Source of the DNA: an uncultured Collinsella sp.
GTDB taxonomy: Bacteria > Actinomycetota > Coriobacteriia > Coriobacteriales > Coriobacteriaceae
Assembly: GCA_900542085.1 (NCBI GenBank)
Contig: UQMK01000001.1
Location: forward strand, 31,707 to 95,706
Reading direction: 5' to 3'
DNA length: 64,000 nt
Both the position numbers and the translations under genes were made by a program. Of the stretch, positions 19,736 through 30,312 are shown piece by piece. The number at the start of each line of letters is the position of its first letter. Within the stretch, counting starts at the first letter, position 1. Below the pieces are notes generated by a model that had not been told where the DNA came from, did no database searches, and saw only the letters and a list, made by a program, of their open reading frames with translations.

Positions 19736-20581
19736 ATGGCAGGCCTGTTCAACATCCTTAAGGTCACCGTCAGCGAGGACAAGATCTGCGCGCATGTGCT
19801 GGTGAACCCCGGCATGCCGCTCATGACCTCGGAGGACATCGAGGCTACGGCGCGCGTGTACTACCTGGTGCCCGCGATTGCCAAGCACCTGTGCCTGGGC
19901 GATTCCGGTCGCGAATTCCAGGACTGCATGGGCCAGACCGAGCTTTGCCATCTGCTGGAGCACGTGACGGTCGAGCTCATGAACGAGACCGGTCTCGCTG
20001 GCAGCATTTCGTGCGGCCGCACTCGCGTGAGTGAGCACGATGAGCGTGTCTTTGAGGTCGAGCTTTCGTGTCCCGACGACGCGCTGGCCATCGGTGCGCT
20101 GTCTTCGGCGACCTTTATGATGGATTGGGCATATCTGCATGCCGATCAGCCCGCTCCCGACGTGGACGGTACGGTCGCGGGCCTGCGCAACCTGGTACTG
20201 GGCATGCGTGCCGAGGCCGAGGGCAAGGACCCGCACGAGGCCGTCGCCGCCGCGAACGCCGAAGGCGAGGCCGGGGACACGACCGAGGGCGAGGCGCCTG
20301 CCGAGGCTGCCGCCGAGTCTGTCAACGATGCCCCTGCCGAGGAGACCGTCGAGGCCGAGCCCGCGGAGCCCCAGGGCGTCCCGAGCTTTGACGACGAGCC
20401 GCAGGAGGCAATCGATACCGAGGGCGCGACTGCCGAAAGCCACGAGGCCCCCGCTGCCGTCTACGGTGGCGCGGCGACGGCTCCGGTGGCCCCCGCGCGC
20501 GAGGGAGCGCTGCCGCTCGTTGACGGCGCCGGCGAGGACCCGGGCGCTACAGTGGCCATGCCTGCCATGCCGCAGGAGTAG
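19736..20581 (+). CDS. Hypothetical Cys-rich protein with HxxEH motif and long acidic Ala/Glu-rich C-terminal tail
   Basis: The ORF has a GAGTTATGG RBS-like context. It contains a HLLEH motif and six Cys in the N-terminal 120 aa. No family was recognised. Confidence 0.5.
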   Translation: MAGLFNILKVTVSEDKICAHVLVNPGMPLMTSEDIEATARVYYLVPAIAKHLCLGDSGREFQDCMGQTELCHLLEHVTVELMNETGLAGSISCGRTRVSEHDERVFEVELSCPDDALAIGALSSATFMMDWAYLHADQPAPDVDGTVAGLRNLVLGMRAEAEGKDPHEAVAAANAEGEAGDTTEGEAPAEAAAESVNDAPAEETVEAEPAEPQGVPSFDDEPQEAIDTEGATAESHEAPAAVYGGAATAPVAPAREGALPLVDGAGEDPGATVAMPAMPQE

Positions 20582-20711
20582 GCTCACCCGCTTATCACCA
20601 TCATGTACCTGCGCCTTTACCGTACGCAGATGAGCAAGACGGCAAGCGCTGTGCTGCGGGTATAATGGACAGCATTCAAACGGTGGGCGCCGAGGTGCCC
20701 GCAGGAGAGGA

Positions 20712-21107
20712 ATGAACATGGGTAAGACTTTCAACTTTATCTCGGGTGCGCTCTTCGGTGCCGCCGCCGGCGCCATCATCGGCGTTGCCCTGGCTCCGCG
20801 CTCGGGCGCCGAGACCCGCGCCATGGCTGCCGATATCGCCAACGACGCCTGGGATAACATGCGCGACACCTACGAGCACGGTGCCGAGGAGGCCCGCGCT
20901 GCGGTCAACGATTTTGGCCCGATGGTCGACGCCAAGACCGATGACCTGCGTGCCAAGGTTGACCTTGCCCGCGAGCGCATGGACCAGCTGCGCGAGCAGC
21001 TCAACGACGCCATCTCGGGCGGTAACGTGACGCCCGCCGCCGATGTCGTGGTCGAGAACGCCGTCGAGGCCGACGCCGAGGCCGCGGAGCCTTCGACCGA
21101 GGCATAA
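20712..21107 (+). CDS. YtxH-like (DUF948) small membrane-anchored stress protein
   Basis: An N-terminal TM helix is followed by a helical coiled-coil region, a pattern typical of YtxH. Confidence 0.6.
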   Translation: MNMGKTFNFISGALFGAAAGAIIGVALAPRSGAETRAMAADIANDAWDNMRDTYEHGAEEARAAVNDFGPMVDAKTDDLRAKVDLARERMDQLREQLNDAISGGNVTPAADVVVENAVEADAEAAEPSTEA

Positions 21108-21862
21108 TGCGCGCCGGGGATTTTGTCGGCGCCAAGATCTATCGCAAGCCTACCGAGGATAAGCGCACCAAAAAAGACGGCACGCCGCGCAGCCCTAAAA
21201 AGCTCGGCAAGATTCACTTTCCGGTCTTTACCCCGGGCGGTACGCGCGTGGTGGGCTTTATGGTGCGCCAGTCCGATATCGCGGGCATGATCGAGCGCCC
21301 CGACCGATTTGTGGCGCTCGATGCCATTGGCGTCTACGAGGGCGCCATCGCGGTTGACGACGTCAAGGGCACCTACGATGCCGCTGCGGCCAAGCGCCTC
21401 GACATCAACCTGGACGATTGCATTATCTGGGTTGGCATGGACGTGCGCACGGAGTCGGGCGATGTCGTGGGCTATTGCTCGGATGTGGAGTTCAAGCCGC
21501 GTTCGGGCATCGTGCAGACGTTCTACGTGACCGCCGGCACTGCCTCGAGTGTGCTGGTGGGCGATACGCAGATGCCGCCGACGATGCTGCGCGGCTATGC
21601 GGACGGCGCAATGATCGTTTCGGACGAGGTCAAGTCGCTCGGGTATTCGGGCGGCGCCGCCGCAAAGGCTGCCGAGGCAAGCGTCGTGGTGGGCGATAAG
21701 GTCAAGAAGGGCGCTAAGGTGCTCGATGACAAGGGATCGGTCGCCGTGGACAAGGGCAGCCGTGCACTGGGCAAGCAGCTCGGCAAGACGCGTGGTATGT
21801 TCAAGGCCTTTAAGGACGAATATCAAAAGGCGAGCGGTGGCTCGTCGAAAGCTAGCAAATAG
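21107..21862 (+). CDS. PRC-barrel domain protein (tandem PRC barrels), translationally coupled to upstream gene (TAATG)
   Basis: PRC-barrel-like repeats (…GTRVVGFMVRQ…, …GDVVGYCSDVEF…) were recognised by the author and no motif search was run. Confidence 0.5.
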   Translation: MRAGDFVGAKIYRKPTEDKRTKKDGTPRSPKKLGKIHFPVFTPGGTRVVGFMVRQSDIAGMIERPDRFVALDAIGVYEGAIAVDDVKGTYDAAAAKRLDINLDDCIIWVGMDVRTESGDVVGYCSDVEFKPRSGIVQTFYVTAGTASSVLVGDTQMPPTMLRGYADGAMIVSDEVKSLGYSGGAAAKAAEASVVVGDKVKKGAKVLDDKGSVAVDKGSRALGKQLGKTRGMFKAFKDEYQKASGGSSKASK

Positions 21863-21934
21863 CGACGTACCAAATGATGGGAGGCAAGCCGGAGACCTGT
21901 TGCTCCGGCTTGCTGCGTTTATGGGGGAGGGCAC

Positions 21935-23341
21935 ATGCGCCAAAACGGATCATATTCACACGGACGCTCGGGCTCGCGTCCGACGGCGCGCCGCGATCTG
22001 GGGCAGCTGCCCAGCGGTCAGCGCAAGCGTCACCGTAAGCCCGGCGCGATGTATCTCAACCATAGCCGCGGCTTTAGCGACCGCAGCGCTCGCATCGGCA
22101 ACGGCCGCACGCCCCGCCGTCCGTCTCGCCTGCCCTATGCGCTCATCGCCGTGGGTTGCGCGCTCGTGCTGTTTATCGCTGCCGTCGTGGGCTACGTCAA
22201 CCGCAGCGTGGATGTCGTCCTCAACGGCCAGGAGACTGCGGTGCGCGTCGGCTCTACGCTGCAAAATCTCATCGACGACCAGGAGTTGACCGATACCTAC
22301 GACGCCGGGGACTTGCTGGCCGTTGACGACAGCGTGCTTACTCGCCATGGCGGCGAAAAGCTGTCGGTAAAAGTGGACGGCAAGCGCGTAAAACAGGGCA
22401 AGTGGAAAAGCCGCGAGCTTACGGGCGGCGAGAAGGTGACGGTCAAAGACGGTCGCGACACGTATGAGAAGCATGAGGTCCAGGCGACGGTTATCGAGCC
22501 CAAGCTTAAGGTCGAGGGCACGGGTGCCATCGAGTATGTCAAGACGTGGGGTATCCAGGGTCGCTCTGAGGTGTGGGTCGGCGAGCAATCGGGCAAGACG
22601 CAGGACCGCGGCGAGGTCGTGCCCGCCACCGATTGCGTGGTCGAGTGCGCGAGCGTGGCGCCCAAGGGCAACGAAAAGTACGTTGCGCTGACATTTGACG
22701 AGGGCCCGAGCGGCGCGACCAAGCAGATCTTGCAGGTGCTCAAGGAAAAGGGCGTCACCGCGACGTTCTTCCTGTTGGGCGATGCGGCCGAGGCCTCGCC
22801 CGCCACGGCCAAGGCGATTGTCGATGCCGGCTGCGAGGTCGGCTCCAACAGTTACAGCGACGAATCGCTCAAGGGCAAGGATCGCGATGCGGTGCGCGAA
22901 CAGGTTTCGAAGGGCACCGAGGCGATCAAGTCCGCGACCGGAACGTCGACGATGCTTTTGCGTGCTCCCTACGCAGCCTTTGACGAGCAAAACTGGATTG
23001 ATGCGATGGACCTGGTGTCTGCCGTGGTCTCGTGGAATATCGATTCGGGCGACTGGCTGCTCAACGGTGCCGACGAGCAGGTCTCGACGGTGCTCGATTC
23101 GGTGACGCCGGGCAACATTGTGTTGCTGACCGATAACGATGAATGCGCCGAGCAGACGCTCGAGGCGCTGCCGCAGATTATCGACGGGCTTATTGCCGAC
23201 GGCTACAAAATCGTGACATTGAGCGATCTGGTCAAGACGGATACATCGCTGAGCAAAAAGCTCACCTCGCTGACGAAGGCCGCCATGCCCAAAAACGCCG
23301 TGTTCCCCCAGCTCGCCGAAGATGACGACACCACAGACTAG
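21935..23341 (+). CDS. Membrane-anchored polysaccharide deacetylase (NodB/CE4) with DUF348/G5-like N-terminal region
   Basis: It has a TM helix and the NodB motif TFDEGP. There is a GGGAGGG RBS. Confidence 0.8.
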   Translation: MRQNGSYSHGRSGSRPTARRDLGQLPSGQRKRHRKPGAMYLNHSRGFSDRSARIGNGRTPRRPSRLPYALIAVGCALVLFIAAVVGYVNRSVDVVLNGQETAVRVGSTLQNLIDDQELTDTYDAGDLLAVDDSVLTRHGGEKLSVKVDGKRVKQGKWKSRELTGGEKVTVKDGRDTYEKHEVQATVIEPKLKVEGTGAIEYVKTWGIQGRSEVWVGEQSGKTQDRGEVVPATDCVVECASVAPKGNEKYVALTFDEGPSGATKQILQVLKEKGVTATFFLLGDAAEASPATAKAIVDAGCEVGSNSYSDESLKGKDRDAVREQVSKGTEAIKSATGTSTMLLRAPYAAFDEQNWIDAMDLVSAVVSWNIDSGDWLLNGADEQVSTVLDSVTPGNIVLLTDNDECAEQTLEALPQIIDGLIADGYKIVTLSDLVKTDTSLSKKLTSLTKAAMPKNAVFPQLAEDDDTTD

Positions 23342-23371
23342 TCATGTAAGAACGTCCCCAATGACTATGTC
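23336..23371. repeat. Single MITE/REP-like unit (GACTAGTCATGTAAGAACGTCCCCAATGACTATGTC), overlapping the stop codon of the deacetylase gene
   Basis: It belongs to the same family as 10907, 14769, 43233 and 49737. Confidence 0.7.
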
Positions 23372-23661
23372 ACGGATGCGTCAGCGTTTGGTATGCCTGC
23401 GATGTTTGGAGCATAAATTTGGCGCCACGGCGCGATGCTGATGCTATAGTTACTGCGGATAACAAGGGTCAAGAGAAAGGTTGCAGGTGAAATCCAAACC
23501 TCGACCATACAGTCGATGACCCCATGCAGGTGCTTCTTGCGCATGTACGGGGTGTGAGCGCCGAGCGGCGTGCCGCCCGCGCATGCGTATACATATCTAA
23601 AAGTCCACGGACGGCGTGCCGGCATGGCCGCAGTTCGAAGGGATAATGATGGGGAGCACCA

Positions 23662-25506
23662 GTGAATTATCTGAGTGAGATGCTCAAATTGCCGGTCTTG
23701 GACGTCGATGGCGAAAAGCTCGGCGTTGTGAACGATTTTGGCATTGCTACCGGCGAAGTTTTTCCGCACGTAACGTCGCTCGCGTTCCGCGGACCCGGCA
23801 AGACGCCGTTTATGATCAGCTGGCGCAAATGGGTCGACCGTATCGACGAGACGGGCGTACACCTTAAGTCGCCGGCCACCGAAATCCGTTTTTCGTACCT
23901 GCAGCCGACCGAACTTTTGCTCGCGCGCGACGTGCTCAACAAGCAGATTGTCGACACGCAGGGCATGAAGGTCGTGCGCGTCAACGACATCAAGTTTTCC
24001 ATGTCGGGCGAAAATCAGCTGCGTCTGCTGGGTGCCGAAGTTGGCGCCCGTGGTCTGCTGCGCGCGATCAGCCCCGCCCTCGAGCATGTCGTCGAGAGCT
24101 TTATGAAGCACCTGGGCAAACCGCTCGGCGAGGACATCATCGCCTGGTCCTACATGGACCTGCTCGACCGTTCGACTAAGAACATCCAGCTTTCGGTGTC
24201 GCACAAGACGCTTGGCGAGCTGCACCCTGCCGACATTGCCGACATTATCGAGCAGCTCGACCCGCGTCTGCGCGCGCAGGTGTTCGCGCAGCTCGACACC
24301 GCCCAGGCCGCCGAGGCCATCTCGGAGTTCGATGACGACGAGCTTATGACCGAGATGCTCGAGGGTCTGTCCGACACCGACGCATCGTCGATGTTGGCCA
24401 TGATGGACCCGGACGACGCCGCCGACCTGATCGACGAGCTCGATTACGAGAAGGCCGAGAAGCTTTTGCGCCTGATGGGCGTTCAGGAGGAGAAGGCGAT
24501 TCGTAACCTGCTGGGCTATGAGGACAACACCGCCGGCCGCATCATGACCTCGGAGTTTGTCTCCCTGCCCGCCACGGCGACGGTCGGTGACGCCATCGAG
24601 GCGATTCGCAAGCTTGATGAGGATTTCGAAAGCGTCTATTACGTCTATACCGAGGATCCGAGCGGCATGCTCACCGGCGTCCTTTCGCTGCGCACGCTCA
24701 TCGTGGCCGACCGCGATGCCACGCTGGGCCAGCTGGCCTATCGCGACCTGGTTTATGTGTCGCCCGACGATGACCAGGAAGACGTAACGGACGAGATGAC
24801 CAAGTACGACTTGGTCGCCATCCCCGTTTGCGACGAGAACCGTCATATTTTGGGTATCGTGACCTTTGACGACGCCATGGACGTTATCGCCGAGGAGCAC
24901 CAGGAGGACCTGCAGATCGCAGGCGTCGGTTCGGGCGATAGCGCGTCCGACGACTCGACGAATGTGCTCAGCTGGTTTGTGCATCGCCAGTACTGGGTTG
25001 TCGTGTGGGGCATTGCCTCATGCATCATGGCAACAGTGCTGGGGACGGCGCTGGGCTCTGCGCATCTGGTGGTGTTCCCCATGTGCGCCATGCCGCTCGT
25101 GCTGCTGGCTGCCTCGCGTATGGTGTCGTTCGTCAAGAACTACTTCCTGGAGTACGACGGCCATGACGATGAGCCCAAGCCGTATCTGGGGTTCTTCTTC
25201 CAGAGCACGGGCATGGGCCTGATCCTGTCGCTCGTGACCTACCTGTGCGCCCAGCTGGTGCGCACCGCCGCATTCCCCGACGCGCCCATGTTTGAGGAGC
25301 AGCTCTTTACCGGCTGCTTTAACATTGCGGCCATCGTCTGCCTGATTGGCAACATGAGCGCCGTGATTTACCTGATGGTGCTGTTCTGGCGTGACGAGCA
25401 CGACCTCAATACGTCGGGTACCGCCATGAACGTCATTGCCGTCATGATCTCATGCGTGGCGTACTGCATCGCCGCTGTGCTGCTCACCATGTCGGTCATG
25501 GGTTAG
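23662..25506 (+). CDS. mgtE: Magnesium transporter MgtE with two N-terminal PRC-barrel domains
   Basis: It has an MgtE N-domain, a CBS pair and a C-terminal 5-TM MgtE domain. There is a GTG start with a GGGGAG RBS. It is preceded by a ~320-nt leader. Confidence 0.85.
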   Translation: MNYLSEMLKLPVLDVDGEKLGVVNDFGIATGEVFPHVTSLAFRGPGKTPFMISWRKWVDRIDETGVHLKSPATEIRFSYLQPTELLLARDVLNKQIVDTQGMKVVRVNDIKFSMSGENQLRLLGAEVGARGLLRAISPALEHVVESFMKHLGKPLGEDIIAWSYMDLLDRSTKNIQLSVSHKTLGELHPADIADIIEQLDPRLRAQVFAQLDTAQAAEAISEFDDDELMTEMLEGLSDTDASSMLAMMDPDDAADLIDELDYEKAEKLLRLMGVQEEKAIRNLLGYEDNTAGRIMTSEFVSLPATATVGDAIEAIRKLDEDFESVYYVYTEDPSGMLTGVLSLRTLIVADRDATLGQLAYRDLVYVSPDDDQEDVTDEMTKYDLVAIPVCDENRHILGIVTFDDAMDVIAEEHQEDLQIAGVGSGDSASDDSTNVLSWFVHRQYWVVVWGIASCIMATVLGTALGSAHLVVFPMCAMPLVLLAASRMVSFVKNYFLEYDGHDDEPKPYLGFFFQSTGMGLILSLVTYLCAQLVRTAAFPDAPMFEEQLFTGCFNIAAIVCLIGNMSAVIYLMVLFWRDEHDLNTSGTAMNVIAVMISCVAYCIAAVLLTMSVMG

Positions 25507-25514
25507 GTGGTCGC

Positions 25515-26777
25515 GTGCAAAACACGAAGCAAAAGGCGAGCACCAAGCAAAAGCTGACCATCGCGGCCATCTTTGGCGCCATGGGCCCTGGTCTTCTGGC
25601 GGCGCTTTCGGGTAATGACGCCGGCGGCATCGCCACGTATTCCAGTGCCGGTGCCAGCTATGGCTACAAGATGCTGTGGATGCTTCCCGTCATGACCGTG
25701 CTGCTCATCGTGACGCAGGAGACCGCGGCGCGTTGCGGCTGCGTCACAGGCAAGGGCTTGGCCTCGCTCATCCGCGAGCGCTTTGGCGTGCGCAGGAGCG
25801 TTCTGGCCATGGCGGCGCTGCTGATCGCCAACACGGCCGTTACCATCTCGGAGTTTGCGGGTATCGCGAGCGGCCTTGCCCTCTTTGGCGTGCCGGCGAG
25901 CATCTCGGTGCCGCTGGTGGCCCTGCTGGTTTGGATGCTTACCATGTCGGGCAGCTTCCAGCGCATCGAGAAGATTCTGCTGCTGGTGAGCTGCGTGTTT
26001 GTGACCTACATCGTCGCTGCATTTATGGCTGGTCCCAGCTGGGGCGAGGTGGCGGTCGACCTGGTTGTGCCCAACATCCAAAATGACCCCAGCTACGTGT
26101 CGCTTGTGGTCGCAACGATCGGTACCACCATCGCGCCGTGGATGATCTTCTTGGCGCAGAACAACGTGGTCGATAAGAATGCGGGTGAGGACGATATCGT
26201 GCTGCAGCGCATTGATACCGTGAGCGGCTCGATTGCCGCTGATATCATTGCCGGCTTTATTATCATAACGACCGGTACGGTACTGTTCCCCGCGGGCATT
26301 CAGATTAGCGACGCTGCCGATGCCGCCCGCGCATTGGAGCCTATCGCGGGCCAGTGGTCCACGGTGCTGTTTGCCTCGGGCCTGGTCGCGGCGAGCTTCT
26401 TGGCCGCCTGCGTGCTGCCGGGTGTTACGTCCAGCGCTATCTGCGAGGCATTTGGCTGGGAGCGCGGTGCCGATCGCAGCTGGGACGAGGCCCCGGTCTA
26501 TCGCGGCATTATTACGGCCATCATTGGCATCTCTGCCGTGCTGGTGCTCATGCCCGGCGTCGACCTGTTCCAGATTATGATGACCTCGCAGGTCATCAAC
26601 GGCGTGCTTTTGCCTGTGGTCCTGGTGTTCCAGGTGCTTATTGCCGCTGATCGACACATTATGGGCGCCAACCGCAACGGCCGCGTGTGGAATGTGCTCA
26701 CGTGGGCGACTATCGGTGTGATTACGGTGCTGACGGTCGTCATGTTTGTTCTGCAGGCGATGGGCTACAGCGCGTAG
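25515..26777 (+). CDS. mntH: NRAMP-family divalent metal (Mn/Fe) transporter
   Basis: It has an NRAMP fold, 11 TM helices and a GNDAGGIATYSSAGA motif region. The start is uncertain: a GTG at 25515 directly follows the mgtE stop, while an ATG at 25452 would overlap mgtE. Confidence 0.8.
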   Translation: MQNTKQKASTKQKLTIAAIFGAMGPGLLAALSGNDAGGIATYSSAGASYGYKMLWMLPVMTVLLIVTQETAARCGCVTGKGLASLIRERFGVRRSVLAMAALLIANTAVTISEFAGIASGLALFGVPASISVPLVALLVWMLTMSGSFQRIEKILLLVSCVFVTYIVAAFMAGPSWGEVAVDLVVPNIQNDPSYVSLVVATIGTTIAPWMIFLAQNNVVDKNAGEDDIVLQRIDTVSGSIAADIIAGFIIITTGTVLFPAGIQISDAADAARALEPIAGQWSTVLFASGLVAASFLAACVLPGVTSSAICEAFGWERGADRSWDEAPVYRGIITAIIGISAVLVLMPGVDLFQIMMTSQVINGVLLPVVLVFQVLIAADRHIMGANRNGRVWNVLTWATIGVITVLTVVMFVLQAMGYSA

Positions 26778-26795
26778 TGCCTCTATTAGACTCTA

Positions 26796-26831
26796 AACAG
26801 GCCGCCGCCATGGGCTGCGGCCTGTTTTTTG
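26796..26831. terminator. Intrinsic terminator (stem AAACAGGCCGC/GCGGCCTGTTT + T6) between convergent mntH and oatA-like genes
   Basis: It is a perfect 11-bp stem followed by TTTTTT. Confidence 0.8.
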
Positions 26832-26909
26832 CCCACGGCCTCTCGGAGTCGGCTCGAAAAGAGCGATTTTGGGTTGTTTGCTGCGGGTGGAAGCAGATTT
26901 GGCTGCGCG

Positions 26910-29126
26910 TTACTTGTCGGTGCCTAGCTTGTGCGGTTTGTAGGCGAGGGCGCTGACGAGTGCATCGGCAGCGGATTTGACAGCCGCTGGCTGCGGATCG
27001 TTAACGTGGTCCTCGGGGTGCACGGGCAGGCCTTTCTTGACGGCATCGTGGATGAGATTGAGGTACTCGGTCACACCCGCGTTCGACAAGTGCGTGCCAT
27101 CGCCATCGAACAGATCATTGCGGTTGGCACTATATCCGTACCAGTCGATAACGCGTACATTCTTGTAGCGCGTGGCGGCGTTGGCGATGGCCTGGTTCGT
27201 GGACCCGACCCACGGCTGCGGGCTACGCGTGTTTACAAATACGACAATACGCTGCTCGCCGGCGTCGGCCATGATTGCGTCGACCTGGGCGTCCGTTACC
27301 AAACCGTTGGTGCCCAGGGCAAAGACCACGATCTTGCCGGCAAGGTTCTGCTGGATATAGCCCTCAAATGTCGCGCGGCCCGCATCAAACTGGCGACCCT
27401 TTTCGGCATCGATATGGCTGTGCGGGAACACACCGTCAAAGGAATCAACGGCGCGCAGCGACACGGAGTCACCGATCATCAACAGGTCGTAGGAGCCATC
27501 GGGGAAGCCGTCGTTGTCCTTGTCGGTGTCGTCGGCCGCCTGCTGGTCGGTGGGCGCGGTGTTTTTGGCTTCCTTGTTCAGAACTTCTGCGCCCTCGCCG
27601 CTCAGTGCAGACGTTTCGGGCACAAAGATCAGGCCGCCCAGTGCAACGACCAACACGACAGTGCAGGCTGCGCAGACAGGGACGTGCGCGCGTGCCCAGT
27701 TGGCGGGCGTGGTGGTGCCATCGCGGAATTCGGCGACAGTGCGGCCGAAGGCGCCCTTCCTAAACGGAGTCTCGATAAAGCGATAGGAGCACTCGGCTAC
27801 GGCGACCACCACAAGTACCTGTAAGATGTACTGCCACCAGGGCGTATCGCTGATGTTGGCGACCGGGTTCATAAGCAGCAGCAGTGGATAGTGCCACAGA
27901 TAGATACTGTACGAGCGCTTGCCAACCCACACGAGCGGCTCGGCGGACAGCGCGCGGGCAACCATTCCCTGGGGCTGCACGCAGGCCGCGATGACCATGA
28001 GCGTGAGGATGGAGCATAACAGCGTGCCGCCGCGATACTGAAACGCGGTGTAGCCGTTGGTGAGCGCGACCATGGCGGCAAGGCCAACCAGACCCACGAC
28101 GCCCAACACATCGATGGATGCGGGCGAGGACCAAAAGCGCACGAGGGCGCTCGGCTGTGCCGGGGTGGTATCGGCTGATTCGTCGACCTTCTTGCCAGGC
28201 TTGTCCTCGGCGTTCTTGCCATGCTTGGCGGCGCCAGCCAGGCGATTGAGTCCCAAACGATGAGCGAGACGCACCGGCGCCAGGTCGCGATCGGGGATAA
28301 AGGCCATCCAGGCACCCAGCAGCAGCGAGAACACGCGGGTGTCGGTGCCGTAGTACACGCGGCTGGGGTCGGCGGCAGGGTTGTAAAGCACCATCATTGC
28401 GAGGGCGGATGCCGCGGCAAGGCCCAGAACCACGCGGCGCGTGTTGGGCTTGCTCACATGCATGGATACCATGGCAAACAGCAGTGGCGGCCAAATCAGG
28501 TAGAACTGTTCCTCGATGGCAAGCGACCAAAAGTGCGTGAGCGGCGAGGGGTCGCCCAGAGCATTGAAGTACGAGACGTTTTGGGCAATCTGCCACCAGT
28601 TGTTGAAGAACAACAGCGACGGCAGGATGTCGGGGCGCATCTTGGTGAGCATCACGTGGTTAAAGATGGTGCACAGCGCGCAGGTCACGAACACTACCGT
28701 TACCACGGCGGGGACCAGGCGACGGATGCGGCGAATCCAGAAGCTCTTGAGGTCGATGCGGCCGGTCTTAGCGACTTCGTTGAGCAGCAAGCGCGTGATC
28801 AGATAGCCCGAAAGCACAAAGAAGATCGTGACGCCGAGCAGGCCGCCCTGAGCCCACGTGAGGTTGAGGTGATAGAGCACCACTGCGACGACGGCAAGCG
28901 TGCGCAGGCCGTCGAGGGCGGGGATATAGCGAGATTTGGGGCGCGTGGGCGCCTGTTCTTTTGCGGCGCTGTTGGTGCGGTCACCCTTGTTGGCGGGCAC
29001 GCGATGAGAGTCTGCGGCGCGGCGCGGCTCGGTGGCTTGTCGGTTAGCGCGCGAACGTTCGTGCGGCGCTCGTTGATCGCTCGCGTGGCGTGAGCTGCGT
29101 GAGCTCGATCGCGGGAATTGTTCCAT
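26910..29126 (-). CDS. OatA-like O-acetyltransferase (acyltransferase_3 membrane domain + C-terminal SGNH hydrolase)
   Basis: There is an N-terminal basic region, about 10 TM helices of the acyltransferase 3 family, and a C-terminal SGNH/GDSL-like domain. Confidence 0.8.
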   Translation of the reverse strand: MEQFPRSSSRSSRHASDQRAPHERSRANRQATEPRRAADSHRVPANKGDRTNSAAKEQAPTRPKSRYIPALDGLRTLAVVAVVLYHLNLTWAQGGLLGVTIFFVLSGYLITRLLLNEVAKTGRIDLKSFWIRRIRRLVPAVVTVVFVTCALCTIFNHVMLTKMRPDILPSLLFFNNWWQIAQNVSYFNALGDPSPLTHFWSLAIEEQFYLIWPPLLFAMVSMHVSKPNTRRVVLGLAAASALAMMVLYNPAADPSRVYYGTDTRVFSLLLGAWMAFIPDRDLAPVRLAHRLGLNRLAGAAKHGKNAEDKPGKKVDESADTTPAQPSALVRFWSSPASIDVLGVVGLVGLAAMVALTNGYTAFQYRGGTLLCSILTLMVIAACVQPQGMVARALSAEPLVWVGKRSYSIYLWHYPLLLLMNPVANISDTPWWQYILQVLVVVAVAECSYRFIETPFRKGAFGRTVAEFRDGTTTPANWARAHVPVCAACTVVLVVALGGLIFVPETSALSGEGAEVLNKEAKNTAPTDQQAADDTDKDNDGFPDGSYDLLMIGDSVSLRAVDSFDGVFPHSHIDAEKGRQFDAGRATFEGYIQQNLAGKIVVFALGTNGLVTDAQVDAIMADAGEQRIVVFVNTRSPQPWVGSTNQAIANAATRYKNVRVIDWYGYSANRNDLFDGDGTHLSNAGVTEYLNLIHDAVKKGLPVHPEDHVNDPQPAAVKSAADALVSALAYKPHKLGTDK

Positions 29127-29312
29127 AAAACTTCATCCAATGACGAGAATAATCAGCACGCCTTCATTGTAGCCGCCTGCTCCTGTGAATGCTTGCTGCC
29201 GGTGCAAGCTCAAGCGCGCGTTCACATCAAAGTGAACTAAAGTTATAGAGGCGCGAGAGCGCACGATTGACGGCCAACAGCGGGTGCAGAGCTCGCGGAC
29301 GAGGAGGTTTCC

Positions 29313-30308
29313 ATGGCAGATTGCGGCATCGTTGCGGTGTTCGGCAGCATGAACATGGACCTTTCGGTGGCGTGCGAGCGCATGCCGCGTGCGGGCGAGA
29401 CCGTCGGCGGCAGCGGATTTGTCAGCAATGCCGGCGGTAAGGGCGCCAACCAGGCCGTGGCAGCTGCGCACATGGGCGCGCGCACGTGCATGATCGGCGC
29501 GGTCGGGCGCGATGCATTTGGCACGTCGCTCGTGGCGGGGCTCCAAGATGCTGGCGTGGACTGTGACTTTGTGGCGCGTCGCGATGATGTAGAGACGGGA
29601 ACGGCGACCATCATTCGCTGTGAGGGCGACAACCGCATCGTGCTGTCGCCGGGCGCCAATCATGCGCTTGCGGGCGAGGACGTTGCTCGCGCGCTGAGAC
29701 GTCTGGTGGCCGATGAGCTCGACGGCGACGCCAGCGAGATTGCCCCGGCTGCCGGAAGCGTCTTTATCGCCCAGGGCGAATGTGACCTTGCGGCGACTGC
29801 CGAGGCGCTTGTTTGCGCTCACGAGCTGGGGTTCTATACGGTCTTTAATCCAGCGCCTGCCTGTGAGTTGCCTGCGGAGGTCTGGTCTGCAGTCGACCTG
29901 GTCTGCCCCAACGAGACTGAGTGCCAGGTGCTGACGGGCATCTTGCCCGCGGATGATGCGAGCTGCGTCGCGGCGCTCAATGCCCTGCTCGCCAAGGGTG
30001 CTGGAGCTGCGGTCATCACGTTGGGCGGCGCCGGGTCGGTTACGCTTGGCGATGACGGCGAGCTGCTGCGCATGCCGGCGCTTTCGAGTGCGGTGGTCGA
30101 TACGACGGCCGCGGGCGATACATTTATCGGTGCGCTTGCTGCAGCTCGTCTGGAGGGCCTGCCGCTCTTTGAGTGCATGGCGGTGGGCGCACGCGCCGCG
30201 GCGGTGACGGTGTCGCGCCTGGGCGCACAGCAGTCGATTCCCACGCGAGCCGAAGTTGAGCGCGTGTTTGATTTAGACGATTTAGTACAAGACGGAGAAG
30301 CGGAGTAG
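29313..30308 (+). CDS. rbsK: Ribokinase
   Basis: It has a PfkB fold with GGKGANQA and [12 protein letters not shown] motifs. Confidence 0.85.
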   Translation: MADCGIVAVFGSMNMDLSVACERMPRAGETVGGSGFVSNAGGKGANQAVAAAHMGARTCMIGAVGRDAFGTSLVAGLQDAGVDCDFVARRDDVETGTATIIRCEGDNRIVLSPGANHALAGEDVARALRRLVADELDGDASEIAPAAGSVFIAQGECDLAATAEALVCAHELGFYTVFNPAPACELPAEVWSAVDLVCPNETECQVLTGILPADDASCVAALNALLAKGAGAAVITLGGAGSVTLGDDGELLRMPALSSAVVDTTAAGDTFIGALAAARLEGLPLFECMAVGARAAAVTVSRLGAQQSIPTRAEVERVFDLDDLVQDGEAE

Positions 30309-30312
30309 AACA

